DNA from: Protoeuglena noctilucae
Lineage: Eukaryota
Reading direction: 5' to 3'
DNA: 64,000 nucleotides
Assembly: GCA_958009085.1 (NCBI GenBank)
Contig: OY253682.1
Coordinates: 558,001 to 622,000, forward strand
Shown here: positions 1 to 13,300 of the stretch, piece after piece
Numbering within the stretch: position 1 is the stretch's first letter
How the letters are laid out: every line of letters starts with the position of its first letter
The notes under the pieces: generated by a model
What the model saw: only the letters and a program-made list of their open reading frames with translations
Database searches by the model: none
Told to the model about the DNA's origin: nothing
Translations under genes and position numbers: made by a program

Positions 1-1054
1 GAGGGAGGAGGTCGAACTGCCGGATGAGGTCGCGCCGGCGCAGGTAGAGACGCCGCGTTTTCCCCGATCGATCGATTCGGACCACCTGCGGGAGGCGCGG
101 GCGGCGCGATCGGCGCCGGCGTCCAGGGCTAGCTGCGATATCCAGCCGTGCTGCCGCCACTCGCCTCGTACACCGCGCGCCCCACGGAGACGCCCTGGGA
201 CCCGTCGCTTGCGTCTCCTTCCGAATCGAACAGCTCCGGCAGCAGATCGACGTGGCCATGGCCCATCCCAGCAGCCAGGTCGTCCGCCGCTGGTGTGGCA
301 TGGTGGTCGTGTGGGCTCCGGTGCTCACCGACCCTCGCCGCGTCCCTCTTCGTTTGCTGCAAAGCAAGTGAAGCTTGCAGTTACCACCACTCTCCGGCGG
401 GCGATGCCCTCGCGCGATGGCAGCTGCCTGGGCCACGAACCTTGGCCGAGCTCCAAATTTCGCTGAGGATGGGGTCCCGGGATGGACTCGCCGCCACCAC
501 ACCGTCCTCATGCGCCACGCCCCGGCGTCCACGTCTCAGCGGCAGCTTGTCCCTGGCGCAGAAGTGCGGGCTCCGCAGGTCCCGGACCTGCAGTGCAATA
601 TGCGTGGAAAAAAGTCACGCGTGGAGCCGCCGACCAGTATGCCGATTGGGTACGACGTGACGAGGCCCATCGCCTTCCCGCTGAGGCCAGCTCAGCGCCC
701 AGCCTTTCAAAAGGCCCTCACAACTTGTCGTCGTCGCTATCTCGGGAGGGCCCGCGCGAGGCGTCATGCGGATATGACACGAACGTTGCCTAAAGTCACC
801 TGTCTTGGTGCGACACGTCCCCCGTCCAGCGCACGGGCGCGCAAGGCGCCCTGGTTGCACGCGGCCAATCTCCCCGTCCACCGCGCTCGCGCGGAGGTCC
901 CCGCCTCCATTTCAGCCACCGGCGCGGACCACAGACTTCCACTTGCTCTCTCCCCTGCACGAGAAGGCTCGGCGGCGGAGTGCGGCCGCAGATCGGCTGC
1001 TTGCGACGCAGCATTCAGTTGCACGCCGGCGGAACGCCGACTGCTTCGCAGCAT
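1..1054 (-). CDS. MRS2/MGT (CorA-family) magnesium transporter, probably the plastid type; 5' part only, runs off the window start
   Basis: Spliced model: 1054-800, 587-441, 356-165, 85-<1. The junction across GC-AG intron 164-86 gives VGRAVYE|VVRIDRSGKTRRLYLRRRDLIRQFDLLP, resembling the MRS2 N-terminal motif (RRxLLR...L.PRD). The first two exons are inferred from phase-compatible GT-AG sites. The GMN motif lies outside the window. Confidence 0.7.
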
Positions 1055-1545
1055 CGCACACGGCGGCCTCCGACGCAAAAAGCATGTCGCGAAACGCTCT
1101 CCCGATCGCCTGACCTGGCTCGTAGACCAGCCGCGCAGGGGGGACGCACCTGCCCAAGTGGCCGTTCCCGCCGCAGCCCGGCCCGCAGGTGCTGCGTGCG
1201 CGGGTGGCTTGCGAATAGATGTTGTGGATGTTTGCCAGCTGTCAGGCCCGAGACGACGTCGTCGCTGGCCTGCTGGGGGCGCGGCGAGTGCAGCCAGCGA
1301 AGCCTGACGGTGTGTCCCCACGACGACGGCGCTCGACAACGCTATCTGCGCTAGGGATGGAGTGGCACTCCCGCTTTCTCACGCGAGTACCGCTTCCGCG
1401 GGGGAGCCAACGGCCGAGCCATTCGTTCTGGCGGCAACATCTGGCGAAAGAATTCGCGTTTTTGGCGCGACGGCGAGGTCATGCCTCGCGCTCTCCATTC
1501 ACTCCTTCCGTTTCCGCGTCAGCGAGCCCACTCAGGAGGCGCTCC

Positions 1546-4500
1546 ATGATTCACTCGCTCGCCCCTCAGGTGACGCGGAGCGCAGCATGCCGACGTTCGA
1601 CACATCGGGCGGCCCAATGGCATCTGGCCGATCGCCACGCTTCTTTCCGACCTTGCGTTTTTTGGAAGCGGCCACGTCGAGTCTGCTCGACTGCCCGCGG
1701 TGCCTGCGGCGAGGGGCGAGCCGGTCGCGGTTGCCCGCCGAAGCATCGCCTGGTTTCCGCACCGATGCCCGTGCGGCGATGCGCTGGGAGTAGGATCTGG
1801 ACGTTCGTACCAGAGGCGCCCAAAAACGCGGCGCAAAGGCGCCGTCGCTGGTGGCCTGGGCGCATTCATCTGGTTGCCATGAATGAGGTCACGCCCGCCG
1901 CCGCGCGCGCCCCGGCCTTGGGGGGTACTGGAGACTCTGCGGTTGCATTTATACTTCCATTTTGGGTCCCCACCTGACGCGCGGAGCTGGGTTTCGCTGA
2001 GGCGCCTCATAACGGCCCTCGTCCCCGGCCGGCGCGTCCCCCCGCCCCTTTCCGGCCCGAAGGCATGCCCTTGCTGCTGTTCTGTGATCTGTGGACTCGC
2101 TCGTTTCGCTCAAGTCCCGGACTTCGCGGCGGCGACGCCGAGGGGCACCTTCAGTTGGCAAGGGCGGGACGTCGATCGGCGCGCGCCCTGCGGCCGCGCC
2201 GTGGACGCGCGTCGGGTGCATCGGGCTGTTTTCCATTGCATGAGCGACTCAGATTCCCCCCCGAGCTCGCTCGCTGCTCAGATACGACGAACGAGTGTGT
2301 TTTGCCTCCCTGGTCCTGCAACCCGGAGTAGCGCGGAGTCTTTGGATCTTTTCCCCCGATGCATGCTGTCAACGAAGGGACAGAGCGGTTCCCCCACCCA
2401 CGGCGAACCGCCATGCCTTGCCTTCCCCGCAGGCACTGCCCGCCTGTGGGCCGGTGCCCCGTAGCCTGGCCCGCGCCCCGGCCACGGCCGGCGCTCCTCC
2501 GACCCGCTCCTCCGATCCCCCGCGCAAGGCGAGGAATGCTGGGTCGGCGTTCCGGCTCGACCGCGCCGTGGCGGCCCGCGCCGTGGCCGATGCCCCCAGC
2601 AGCCCTGCGCTCAAGCCCGTCTTCACCTTCGGCAAGGGCAAGGGCGCCGGGGACAAGTCCATGAAGGGTCTTTTGGGCGGAAAGGGCGCCAACCTCGCGG
2701 AGATGTGCAAGATTGGCCTCTCAGGCGAGTCCCTGCGCCTGCCGTATTCACCTCGCGGCGACTCCCGCACACGCGCTGCCATGACATGCGCCAAGGCCCT
2801 CCCGCGCAGTCCCTCCCGGCCTGACGATCACGACGGAGGTCTGCGCTCAGTTCCACGAGGCGGGCGGGAAGCTCCCCACGGGCGTGTGGGAGGCGGTGTT
2901 GGAGGGTCTCAAGGAGGTGGAGGCGGAGATGGGGGCGCGCCTGGGTGACGCGTCGTCCCCCCTGCTCCTGTCGGTTCGCTCCGGCGCGGCCGTGTCCATG
3001 CCCGGTATGATGGACACCGTCCTCAACCTCGGCCTCAACGATGCCACGGTCGCGGGCCTGGCCGCCAAGACGGGCAACGAGCGCTTCGCGTGGGACGCCT
3101 ACCGCAGGTGCGTGCCGCGCCGGTCGCCGGGGCTCTCGCGCTGCCTGCCGACTCATGCCGACGCTGCTGGTTAAGCAAGTGCGGTCGTGCATAGGTGAGA
3201 GCAAGCGTGGAGTTGCGCATGCAGGTTCCTCGACATGTTCGGCGATGTGGTGATGGGCATCGACCACAAGCACTTCTCGAAGGAGATGGAGAAGCTGAAG
3301 GCGGCTCGGGGGATCACGGAGGACACGGACCTGACCACGGACGACCTGAAGGAGCTGGTGGCACAGTACAAGAAGGCGAGTGGCAGTGGTGGTAGTGATG
3401 GTGGTGGCGATGGTCGTTGTGAGGAGCGAGCGGTGCGGCATGAGGAAGTGAGCACAGCACAGCGATAAGGTGCGTCGGTGGCGACGCATGGCAGGGTTTG
3501 GTGAGGGCCTGGGCTGCGTCATTACATCCAGGGTGGGAGGCGATCCATGCATGCTGGTGTAACGGTGCAGTCGCCTTTGCATCGCAGGTGTACATTCGCG
3601 AGGGCAAGGCGTTCCCGGAGCAGCCCATGGACCAGCTCCGCAACGCCATCTACGCCGTGTTTGACTCGTGGAACAGCGACCGTGCCAAGACGTACCGCGC
3701 TGTGCAGCAGATCGTGGGCCTCCGGTGAGCCTCGAGTACGATTGCAGGCATGCTGGGCTGATATGCACATGGATTTAGTGGCGAACCTCCTCTTGTCGGT
3801 GGCGGTGACTGTGACGATGCGGCATGCAGCGATAGGCAAGCTGGGCGTACTAAGTCCCGGTCGTGGGACAAAGCTCGGTTTGGCTATTCTTGCAGGGGCA
3901 CGGCCGTGAACGTGCAGGCCATGGTGTTCGGCAACATGGGCCAGACGTCCGGCACGGGCGTGTGCTTCACCCGCGACCCCAACACGGGCGAGCGGTACCT
4001 GTACGGGGAGTACCTTATCAACGCGCAGGCGAGGGACTCCTGCTTTGCTGCTTTCTCTTTATACCTATGTTAAGTAAGACTCACGGTTTGGATCGCTGCG
4101 CGTGCAGGGTGAGGACGTGGTGGCGGGCATCCGGACGCCGGCCGAGATCAAGACGCTGAAGGAGGCGCTGCCGAAGGCGTACGACGAGCTGATCGAGAAC
4201 TGCGAGATCCTGGAGCGCCACTATAAGGACATGCAGGTGCTTGGGGCACATAGATGAGGCGCCCGTCAGCACCACTGCATAGTTCGTGACCCTCCACGCA
4301 GCCGAGAGGGTGCCAGGGAGCCAAGCAACTTGCCATCACACTGACACTATGACCATCATCGCAGGACATCGAGTTCACGATCCAGGAGGGCAAGCTCTTC
4401 ATGCTGCAGTGCCGCAGCGGCAAGCGCACGGGCGCGGCGGCCCTGCGCATCGCGATGGACCTGGTCAAGGAGGAGCTCGTGGACATTCCCAAGGCCATCA

Positions 4501-6378
4501 CCATGGTGGAGCCCGGGCACCTCGACCAGCTCCTGCACCCCAACTTCGTCGACGAGGAGGCGTACAAGAAGGACGTCATTGCCAAGGTGTGACATATGCC
4601 GCTGGCTCGCACATGGCCCGCTGTTAACGATCGTGCGCCTTAGTTCAGAGTGCTGGACCTCGCGCTTTGCATGCTTCTTCTGCAGGGCCTCCCCGCTTCG
4701 CCCGGTGCGGCGGTGGGGCAGATCGTCTTTAATGCGGAGGACGCCAAGGCGCTCAAGGCTTCGGGGGGCAAGGCCATCCTGGTCCGCGTCGAGACGTCTC
4801 CGGGGGACGTGGGCGGCATGGACGCCGCCGAGGGGGTGCTGACGGCGCGGGGCGGCATGACGTCGCACGTGGCCGTGGTGGCGAGCGGGTGGGGCAAGAC
4901 GTGCATCTGCGGGTGCGGCGCGCTGGCGATCGACGAGGAGGCCGGCACCATGTCCGTCGGCGGCGTGAAGCTCCGGGAGGGCGACTGGGTATCGCTGAAC
5001 GGCACCACGGGGGAGGTCATCCTGGGGCAGCACGCCGTGGCACCGCCGGAGCTCACGGGCGACCTGGCCGAGTTCATGACGTGGGTCGATAAGTACCGCA
5101 AGCTCCAGGCAAGCGAGGGGGCGGTAGTTGGCAACTGGCACCCGCCAAGCGGTGCGCGGAGAGCAGGGTCACGCGATGGACGTCCTGACACCCCCGCGAT
5201 GCTCTTGTTGCGTGGCGCAGGTGCTGACCAACGCGGACACGCCCGAGGACGCCGCGACGGCCCGGCGCAACGGCGCGGAGGGCATCGGCCTCGTCCGCAC
5301 CGAGCACATGTTCTTTGGCGCTGGGGAGCGGATCAAGGCGGTGCGCCGGATGATCGTGGCGCAGAGCACCGAGCAGCGCCGCAAGGCCCTCGCGGACCTG
5401 CTGCCCTTCCAGCGCAGCGACTTCGAGGGCATCTTCGAGGCCATGTCGGGCCTGCCCGTCACGGTGCGCCTGCTCGACCCGCCCCTGCACGAGTTCCTCC
5501 CGGAGGGCGAGTCGCTCGACGAGATCGTGGAGCAGATGTCGCGCGACACGGGCATCTCGCGCGAGGCCCTCGTGCACACCATCGAGTCGATGGAGGAGCT
5601 GAACCCCATGCTGGGCTTCCGCGGGTGCCGCCTGTCCATCGCCTACCCGGAGATCGCTGAGATGCAGGTGGGTGGTGGACATGGACACATGGACGAGGGT
5701 GTTCAACTGGCACTGCCCATGATGGCCATGACAGTGTTGTTTCATGTGCCAGGGTGTGACGCTCTGCGCTGGGTGCCCGATACGCAGGTCCGCGCCATCA
5801 TCGAGGCGGCGCTCAACTGCCTCGAGCGGAACGTCGACGCGCGCCCGGACATCATGGTCCCGCTGGTGGGCTCGCCCTCCGAACTGCGTCACCAGACGGC
5901 CCTCGTGCGCCGGGTGGCAGAGGAGGTGTTTGCCGAGCGGGGCGCGCGGGTGCCGTTCCGCGTGGGAACCATGATCGAGGTCCCCCGGGCGGCGCTGCTC
6001 GCGGGGGAGATCGCGGAGGATGCCGAGTTCTTCTCTTACGGCACGAACGACCTGACGCAGATGACGTTCGGGTTCTCGCGCGACGACGTGGGCACCTTCC
6101 TGGGCAGGTACTTGGAGCTGGGCATCCTCAAGTACGACCCGTTCCAGGTGCTCGACCAGGAGGGCGTGGGCGCGCTCATCAAGTCGTCCAAGGAGGCGGG
6201 GAAGGCGCGCCGGCCGGGGCTCAAGGCCGGCGTGTGCGGCGAGCAGGGCGGGGAGCCCATGTCCGTCGCCTTCTGCCAGGAGATCGGGCTCGACTTCGTC
6301 TCGTGCTCGCCCTTCCGCGTGCCCATCGCGCGGCTGGCCTCCGCTCAGGCCGCCATCAAGGCCGCCAAGCTCGCGTAG
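1546..6378 (+). CDS. PPDK: Pyruvate, phosphate dikinase with a predicted plastid transit peptide
   Basis: Exons: 1546-1569 (tentative, MIHSLAPQ), 2433-2724, 2810-3107, 3225-3375, 3588-3724, 3896-4028, 4108-4236, 4365-4586, 4686-5108, 5221-5667, 5788-6378. Motifs: [53 protein letters not shown] (phospho-His), [40 protein letters not shown]. Confidence 0.97.
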
Positions 6379-7322
6379 TAGCAGTAGCACGTGTTTAATG
6401 TGTCCTGGGGGTCCTGCAAGCCGGAGCGGCAGTCTGCAGCGCTCGCTGCGACCAGCAGTACAGGGCCGGGCCAAGTGCAGATGAGTGGCGCAGGTGGTTT
6501 CTGACGTCAGAAGCGGGTGGCGTCGCGGGTGTCGTCCGCCGCGCCCGGCCCTCGGAACCCGCATGTGTTGTTACTGTATTGACTCATTCCCGCCGCAATA
6601 CGCGTGGCGGGAGTTGGTTTGTGACGACTTGACGCCAGGAAGCCGCTCCGCAGCAACCGTTCGACAACCCCGGCCTGCTAAGCGGGTTTGCAACGCTAGC
6701 GTGACAGGTGCCTTGCTTGGCAGGGGCTGGGATCGGCCACGAGCGATGCACTTTCAGCCACCATCGATCGCACGCAGCTGCCGGCCCACGGGCGCGGCAG
6801 GGGACGCGGCGTTGCTAATCTCAGATTTTCGATCCACCCGTCGCCTCTGAGCGCCGTGGAGTCGCGCAGCCAGGCTCGGTTGGCACAGGGGCACACTCTC
6901 GAGCGCTTCTGCAGGCGCTAGCTGTTCCCCGGGCTTTTCGCAGCATAGATATGGAGCTGCGCGGGCCCCTCCGCGCGGACACTGCCCTACCTTTCCAAGC
7001 GGGCAAGGGTTGTCGCGCGAGCGCGCCGTCCCCACCTCCTGACGTAGCCCTGGTCTCCTGACGGAGGTCTGTTTCCAGCCCCACACGCTGGCCATCCCTC
7101 GTTGCCCGCAGCTTTCGGGAGGCCAAGGTTTTGCTTGTACCATGACGTCTTGTGTGTGTGCTTGAGATGAGGCCCCGCCGGGCGCGCGACACGGCAGGGG
7201 GTGCTACGATGCGCCTTTCCAGCGCACCTCGCGCTGGCCGCGCGCACGGGGCGACACAGGGATGATCGCGAGTGCCCGCAGTGTTTTCCTGCTTTGCACG
7301 TATGCGGGCCCCGCCGGGAGCA

Positions 7323-10300
7323 ATGCTGGCGGGGATTCGCAGGATGTGCGCCGCCCTGCAGCTTCTCGCGCTGCTGGCCGCGGTCGCGCTCCCAGGGGCG
7401 GCAGTTGGAGGGACACCAGACCTGGCAGGGCCAGGGCTGAGGTGACGCGCCGCGGCCGGCGGGGCTTGACATCATAAACATCTGGGCCTCGCCTGGCACC
7501 CACCGCGCTCGTTCGCCCGCTCACAGGCCGCTTATGTATGAAACAACTCAAGAGGGAGCGGTGCGCTTCAATGCCACCGCCCCCTCGGTACCTCTGATCG
7601 AAGTCATGTCTGGTGAGCATCTTGGTGACGAGTTCGTGCGCCGCGATTCGCGCCACAGCCGGGGGGATTCCACCGCAACACCGCCTCCCGCCCCGACCCG
7701 CAGCACGCCGATCCCTCCTCGTCGCGGACTCCCGCCATGCGCCCATCATGAGCGGGATTCCGCGGCAGAGGTTCTGGATCCAGGACGCCGTGAGCCCGGG
7801 CGGCCGCCCCGGCAACTCGGCGAAGGAGTGGATGATGAACACGCTGCAGGTCCAGGACCGCGGCGACTACGTCAACCGCATCGACTGTCAGATCTGGGAC
7901 GAGCCGCAGGGCAACAACCCGCCCTCGACGTGGGCCACGGTCGCCAAGGCGAGTGCCGGCTGTGATGCGGCGCGGCGCGTGTGATGTGCCAGGCTTTCGA
8001 GCATTGGCTCCCCCGTCTCCGCTGCGGCGAGCGCTCGTCTTTTCACTATGGGATGCGACGCACGGGGGAGATGAGTTTCGCGCCGGGCAGGCTGGCGTGT
8101 GGATCAACGCGCTCGCCCTCCGCTGCGCCCGCAGGACCAGCTGTTCTTCAACTGCCCGACCAACCAGCCCTTCCTCGTCCAGAGCCGTACGGGCAGCCAA
8201 ATCGACGTGAGCACGACCCTGTGCGGCACGTACATCACGGGCCACGGCACCAACACGCTCCTGGACAGCAGCGGCCTGAGCATCTACGGGATGCAGACCC
8301 TCATGCAGCAGCTGTGCTTCCGGACGGACGATGTCAATCCTAGTGAGTTGCAGCGTGCGATCGCGTTTTGTGCGCCGAGCCTGGCTCGCTGCCCTGCCCT
8401 GCGTGTGTGCCCTGTGCCTGACGCGTTTGCGCAAACTGAGCACTGCCCGGCCCCTTCCCCGCCCCAGTCCGTGGCAAGCGTCGCGTGATCTACACGATGA
8501 CCAACTCGGACCAGTCCGGCAACAGCTACCAGGTCGACTTTTACCAGACCGTGACGGTCGTGGGGACGAACAACGTGCCCAGCATCTGCCCCTACAAGCC
8601 CGGCGATGGGCAGGCCTGCACCACCATGCAGAGCACGTTGCTCTACATCCAAGAGCCCGTGGCCCCCGCCAAGGCCACCCTCTTGCCCGTCATGCCGGAC
8701 ATCCATTGAGTCGTCATTGCTCAGCCCATGCATGGCCGTCCCGTCCTTTGCAAGCATTCTATCTTGTCGAACGCTCGCCCCTGATGTCCCTCCTCCGCAG
8801 CATCAACACGCTCGAGTCGCCCACCTCGACGTTCACCACAGTGACGCTCACCATCCCGACGGCGCCCCTCACCACCGCCCGCCTGGATGGCGACTCGCTG
8901 GCCATCGGTGAGCGACCGCTGTCGCCCCCTGGCTAGCGCTAGGATCGTGTCAGGGTCTCTTGGCAGCGCCAGCGTGCCAGCCTGTCTGTTTCTGACCAAT
9001 AGTCGTACTGTCGGCCACCGCAGACCCGACGCGCATCCCAACCGGCTTCGCCTACACGTACGGCGCGTGCCCGGGGTCCACCATCTGCGTGACGACCGTG
9101 GCGAACGTGGATAACATCCAGGTCACCATCACCGGCTACCCCGACGCCGACTCGCTGGCCGCAATCCTCCGTGCCTTCGTGTACAAGGTGGGCGCCTGAT
9201 CCCTGCGCACTGCACCATGATGCACCCCCCCGCTGGCCGGTGGCAACAAACCTCCCCATGCTGCCTCTATCTCACGTGGCTACCTGTCGTTGTGCGTTGC
9301 AGAAAATCGACAACCTGCCCACGTCCCCCGTCGGTGGCATCGACATCTCGGTCGTGCCGCGGGTCGTCACGGTCCAGATCACGGACAGCCGGCCGGCTCA
9401 GAACGAGCAGTCCGACGGCGGCAGCAACGGCCGCCAGGACGGCGGCAGCGGCGGGGGCGGGAGCGGCGGTGGTGGCGGCGGCACGGGCGGTACAGCCGGT
9501 GGGACGACCCCCACGCCCAAGCCCACCTCGACGCCCAAGCCCGCCGGCGGGTCGGAGCGCACGGGCGGGGGCAAGTGGCACCGCCGCCGCCTCATGGACT
9601 CCGGCAGCTTCGACTGGGGCTTCTACTACGGCGGGTGCAGCTCTGGCGGCACGACGTCGGGGAGCACCAACACGAACGACGGTGGCAGCGGGGGAGGGTC
9701 CACCACGAGCCAATACAACAACTGCAGCACCTCCGGGTACGGCGGCTACAACGACGGTGGCTCCGGCGGCGGGGGTGGCGGTGGTGGGGGCTCTGGTGGC
9801 GGGGGCGGGGGCGGTGGCTCTGGCGGTGGAGGCTGGGGCGGCTCCCGTCGGTCGCTGATGGACAGCTACGGCGGCTACGGTGGCTACGGCAGCTACGGTG
9901 GTAGCTACGATCCGTACAGCTGCTGGGGGAGCAACGGCGGCACCAGCTCCGGGTCGACCAACCAGAATGACGGCGGCAGCGGTGGCGGCGGTGGCAGCAG
10001 CTACTGCTCCTACCCCCAGTACAGTGGCAACGACGGTGGCTGGTCCATCAACACTGGCGATGGCGGCTCGGGTGGCGGCTCTTACAACACCAGAGACGGT
10101 GGCTCGGGTGGCTCGGGTGGCGGCTCGTACTATGGCCGCGGCTCAGGCGGCGGGAACAACCAGGACGGCAGCTCGGGGGGCGGTTCCCAGTGCAACCTGG
10201 TGCAGTACGACGACCACGAGTACAACGACGGCAGCTTCACGTGCGGCACCCCGCAGCCGCGCACGTGCGAGCCCGTGGTGGTCACGATCAACATCAACCG

Positions 10301-13300
10301 CCGGCCGGTCGTGGGCGGCCTCGTCAACGCGACCTTCTACGAGGATACGGTCGTGGGTGCCATCCCCAACGGCACCATCACGCCGCCGCCCTTCACGGGC
10401 GCGCTGCTCTTTGACGCCGACGGCGACGCGCTCGCGCGCGCCGAGGTGACGGTGTCCAGCGCGTCGCCGGACCACCACCTGTCGTGCGCCCAGTTCTTGT
10501 GCACGACGCAGTCGACGTCGTTCAAGGGCACGACGCCCAAGTCGACCAAGATGACCGGGCAGTACTACAACCTCTGGGAGGTCACGACCCCGGGGGCCAC
10601 GTCTGCCAACTGCCCCTACGCGAGCCCCTCGTGCACGGTCTGCGCCCCCGTGGCGTACCCGGCGGGCCTGTCGTGCGAGCCCGACGCGGCGACCACGGTC
10701 GACGGCGGCTACGGCGTCCCCGCCGCGAGGAAGCTCGTCTTCGTGTCGACGGGCGGCGACACGACCGCCAACTTCCAGGGGGCCCTCCGCACCATCTTCT
10801 ACGTCAACACGGGCGGCGACAACGTCAACCCTGCCGGCGCCGACGTGCTGGTGCAGCTGTGGGACGTGCGCCTCGACGGCGTGCCCGACGTCGACACTAA
10901 CAACGACGGCATCCCCGACCTCGACGTGGGCACCAACAGCCTGCCCGTGGTCAACACGGTGTCGTGCTACCAGACGTGCACGAGGCACAGCCCCCTGCTG
11001 CACATCTCGGTGGTGCCCTACAACAACCCGCCGGTCGTCGTCGTCATCCCCAACGCCGCCATCGTGTGGCAGGAGTCCGCGGACAACACCCCCGTCTACG
11101 TGGGCCTCATGTCCAACGAGACCACCTTCACCATCACGGACGTGGACAGCGGGGTCGCCACCGTGACGCTGGCGCTCTCCAGCGGTGGCACGGGCCGGCT
11201 GCAGTGCGGCAACGGCGCCACCAGCGCGGCCGCCGTGGCGGGTTTCACCTGCCAGGTCGCGGCGGGCGGCAAGAGCATCACGCTCTCGTGGCCGTCGGCG
11301 GGCGGCGGCTCGACGTCCGCGGCCGTGTCGGCCATCAGCCAGGTCTTTTACACGGACGACATCAACACGCCCGACGCGGGGTCCTACTCCGTCCTCGTGA
11401 CGGTCGTGGACGCGGCGCTGCAGGCGGGGCAGGTCAGCCCGACCTTCACGGTGGCCGTCACGGTTAACAGCTACAACGACACGCCGACCGTGACGGGAGC
11501 GCTCCTGTCGCCCTGGACGGAGCAGGCCTACCAAAGCGTGCCCTTCCCGCTCTTCCAGGGCCCCACGGGCACCGTCATCGCCGACGTGGACAGCTTCGAC
11601 CGCATCCACCACGTCGACGTCACGCTCGTGCCGCCCTCGGGCACCTCCACGACGTTCCCGGGGCACCTGATGTGCGGCGCGCTGCCCACGGCCATCGCCG
11701 AGAGCATCGTGATTGAGAATGGCGCCAAGACGGCCGCCCTGGGCTTCGCGCCCTCGACGTTCCGCGCCACAGTGGCCTCCTCCTCGTCCAACGGCGCCAC
11801 GCTCTTCTTCTGCGAGATGCTCGAGAACCCCACGGGCACCACGGGCTCGTGGACGGTCCCCACGGGCGCCACCTCGGCGCGCCGCCTCACCAAGCGCGTC
11901 AAGGCGGGCAAGGGGGCGACCGGAGCGTGGAACCGTGTCGACATGACGGCCGCGGAGGCCACGGCGTTCCTCCAGGCGTCCGTGTCCTACTTCAACGAGT
12001 CCAACCTGCCCCGGCCGGGCGCCTACTCGGTCACGGTGACCGTGGTGGACGACGGCGACACGGGCGCAGCACTGGGCAACTACCCCACGCCCATGACGGC
12101 CAACGTCTCGCTGCCCTTCACGGTGTCGAGCTTCGAGGACCCCCTGCAAGTCTGCATCCTCGGCATGTACTGCACGACCACGGACCTGGGCGCGGCCGCC
12201 TCGTGCGCCTGGCCCAACCTGGTCTGCACGGCGGCCGCGGACGTGGAGCCGAGCGCGGGGTGCAACTGCTACTCGGGCAGCAACTACACGACGCTGCAGC
12301 GGGTGCAGATGAACCCGCCCAACCCGGCCGTGTACCAGCCGACGTTCGTGCCGGGTCAGACAGGCGTGGTCCTGTTCCCCATCCAGAACGCGACCTGGGA
12401 GGGCGTCCTGGCCAACATCCCCCAGGCCAACCTCTACCTCATCAACCGGGAGTACCAGGACCAGAAGAACGTTACGCTAGGCACGGTCATCACGGCGGGC
12501 GACGTGGTGCCGAGCCACGACCTCCTGCGGTCGTGCACCGCCACCAACGGCACGTGCGCCACCATCCTGCCCGGGTCGTGGACGACGTACCTGACGGCGC
12601 CCCCGTCCTCCCGGGCGCTCTCCTTCACGTCCATCCCCAACCTGAGCAAGCTCGCCTACGGTTACGACAACACGGTCCCCGACGCCAGCAACCCGGCGGA
12701 CCAGGACCCGCGCGTGGTGCAGCTGCAGTTCCGCAAGAGCGACACGCAGACGGCCGAGAAGCGCGCGGAGGTGCGCCTGCAGGTGCTCTTCAAGCAGGTG
12801 CCGGCGATCATCATCGTCCCGACCGGGCCCAGCTCGCCCCCGACGCCCTCGTCGGCCTTCATCGAGGGCGACAACCCCTGGACGCCCGTCACGCTCGCTA
12901 CCGTCCTGGGCACCACCAACAAGACCTACACCAACTCCTTCCGCCTGAGCGTCCTCGACCGGGGCACGGGCTTCCAGAACGCGGTCAACTGCTCGCCCAC
13001 CCAGAGCGCCTGCTACTTCGGCCAGATCCAGCTCACGGTCAACCAGGCGGGGCAGGGCCTCCTGGTCTGCAACAGCACCGACGCACGCGTGGGGTGCACG
13101 TCGGTGTCCAGCAGCACAGTCCTTCTCTACTTCAAGACCTCCGTCTACGACTCGACCAACAAGATCACGCTCACGCTGGACCAGCAGGTGGCGCTCGTCA
13201 ACCAGGCCATCAACGACTTCGTGCTCTACTCCAACCGCGGCGACGACCCCAAGGCCGGGACGTCCAACTACACGGTCTCAATCTGGGACCTCGCGGGCGA

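Noticed and set aside
6376..6390. TAG TAG CAG TAG run at the PPDK end, raising possible TAR stop-codon reassignment
   Set aside because: TAG terminates PPDK and COX17 at their expected ends, and no in-frame TAA/TAG occurs in conserved exons, so the code is standard.
6400..7300. Short ORFs between PPDK and the giant gene, and likewise in 30000-30800
   Set aside because: They show no coding bias, motifs or consistent splice structure, so I treated them as UTR or promoter sequence.
9171..9302. ORF-track start of the 6229-aa protein
   Set aside because: It lies largely in intron 9188-9302. The real start is the signal-peptide exon at 7323.
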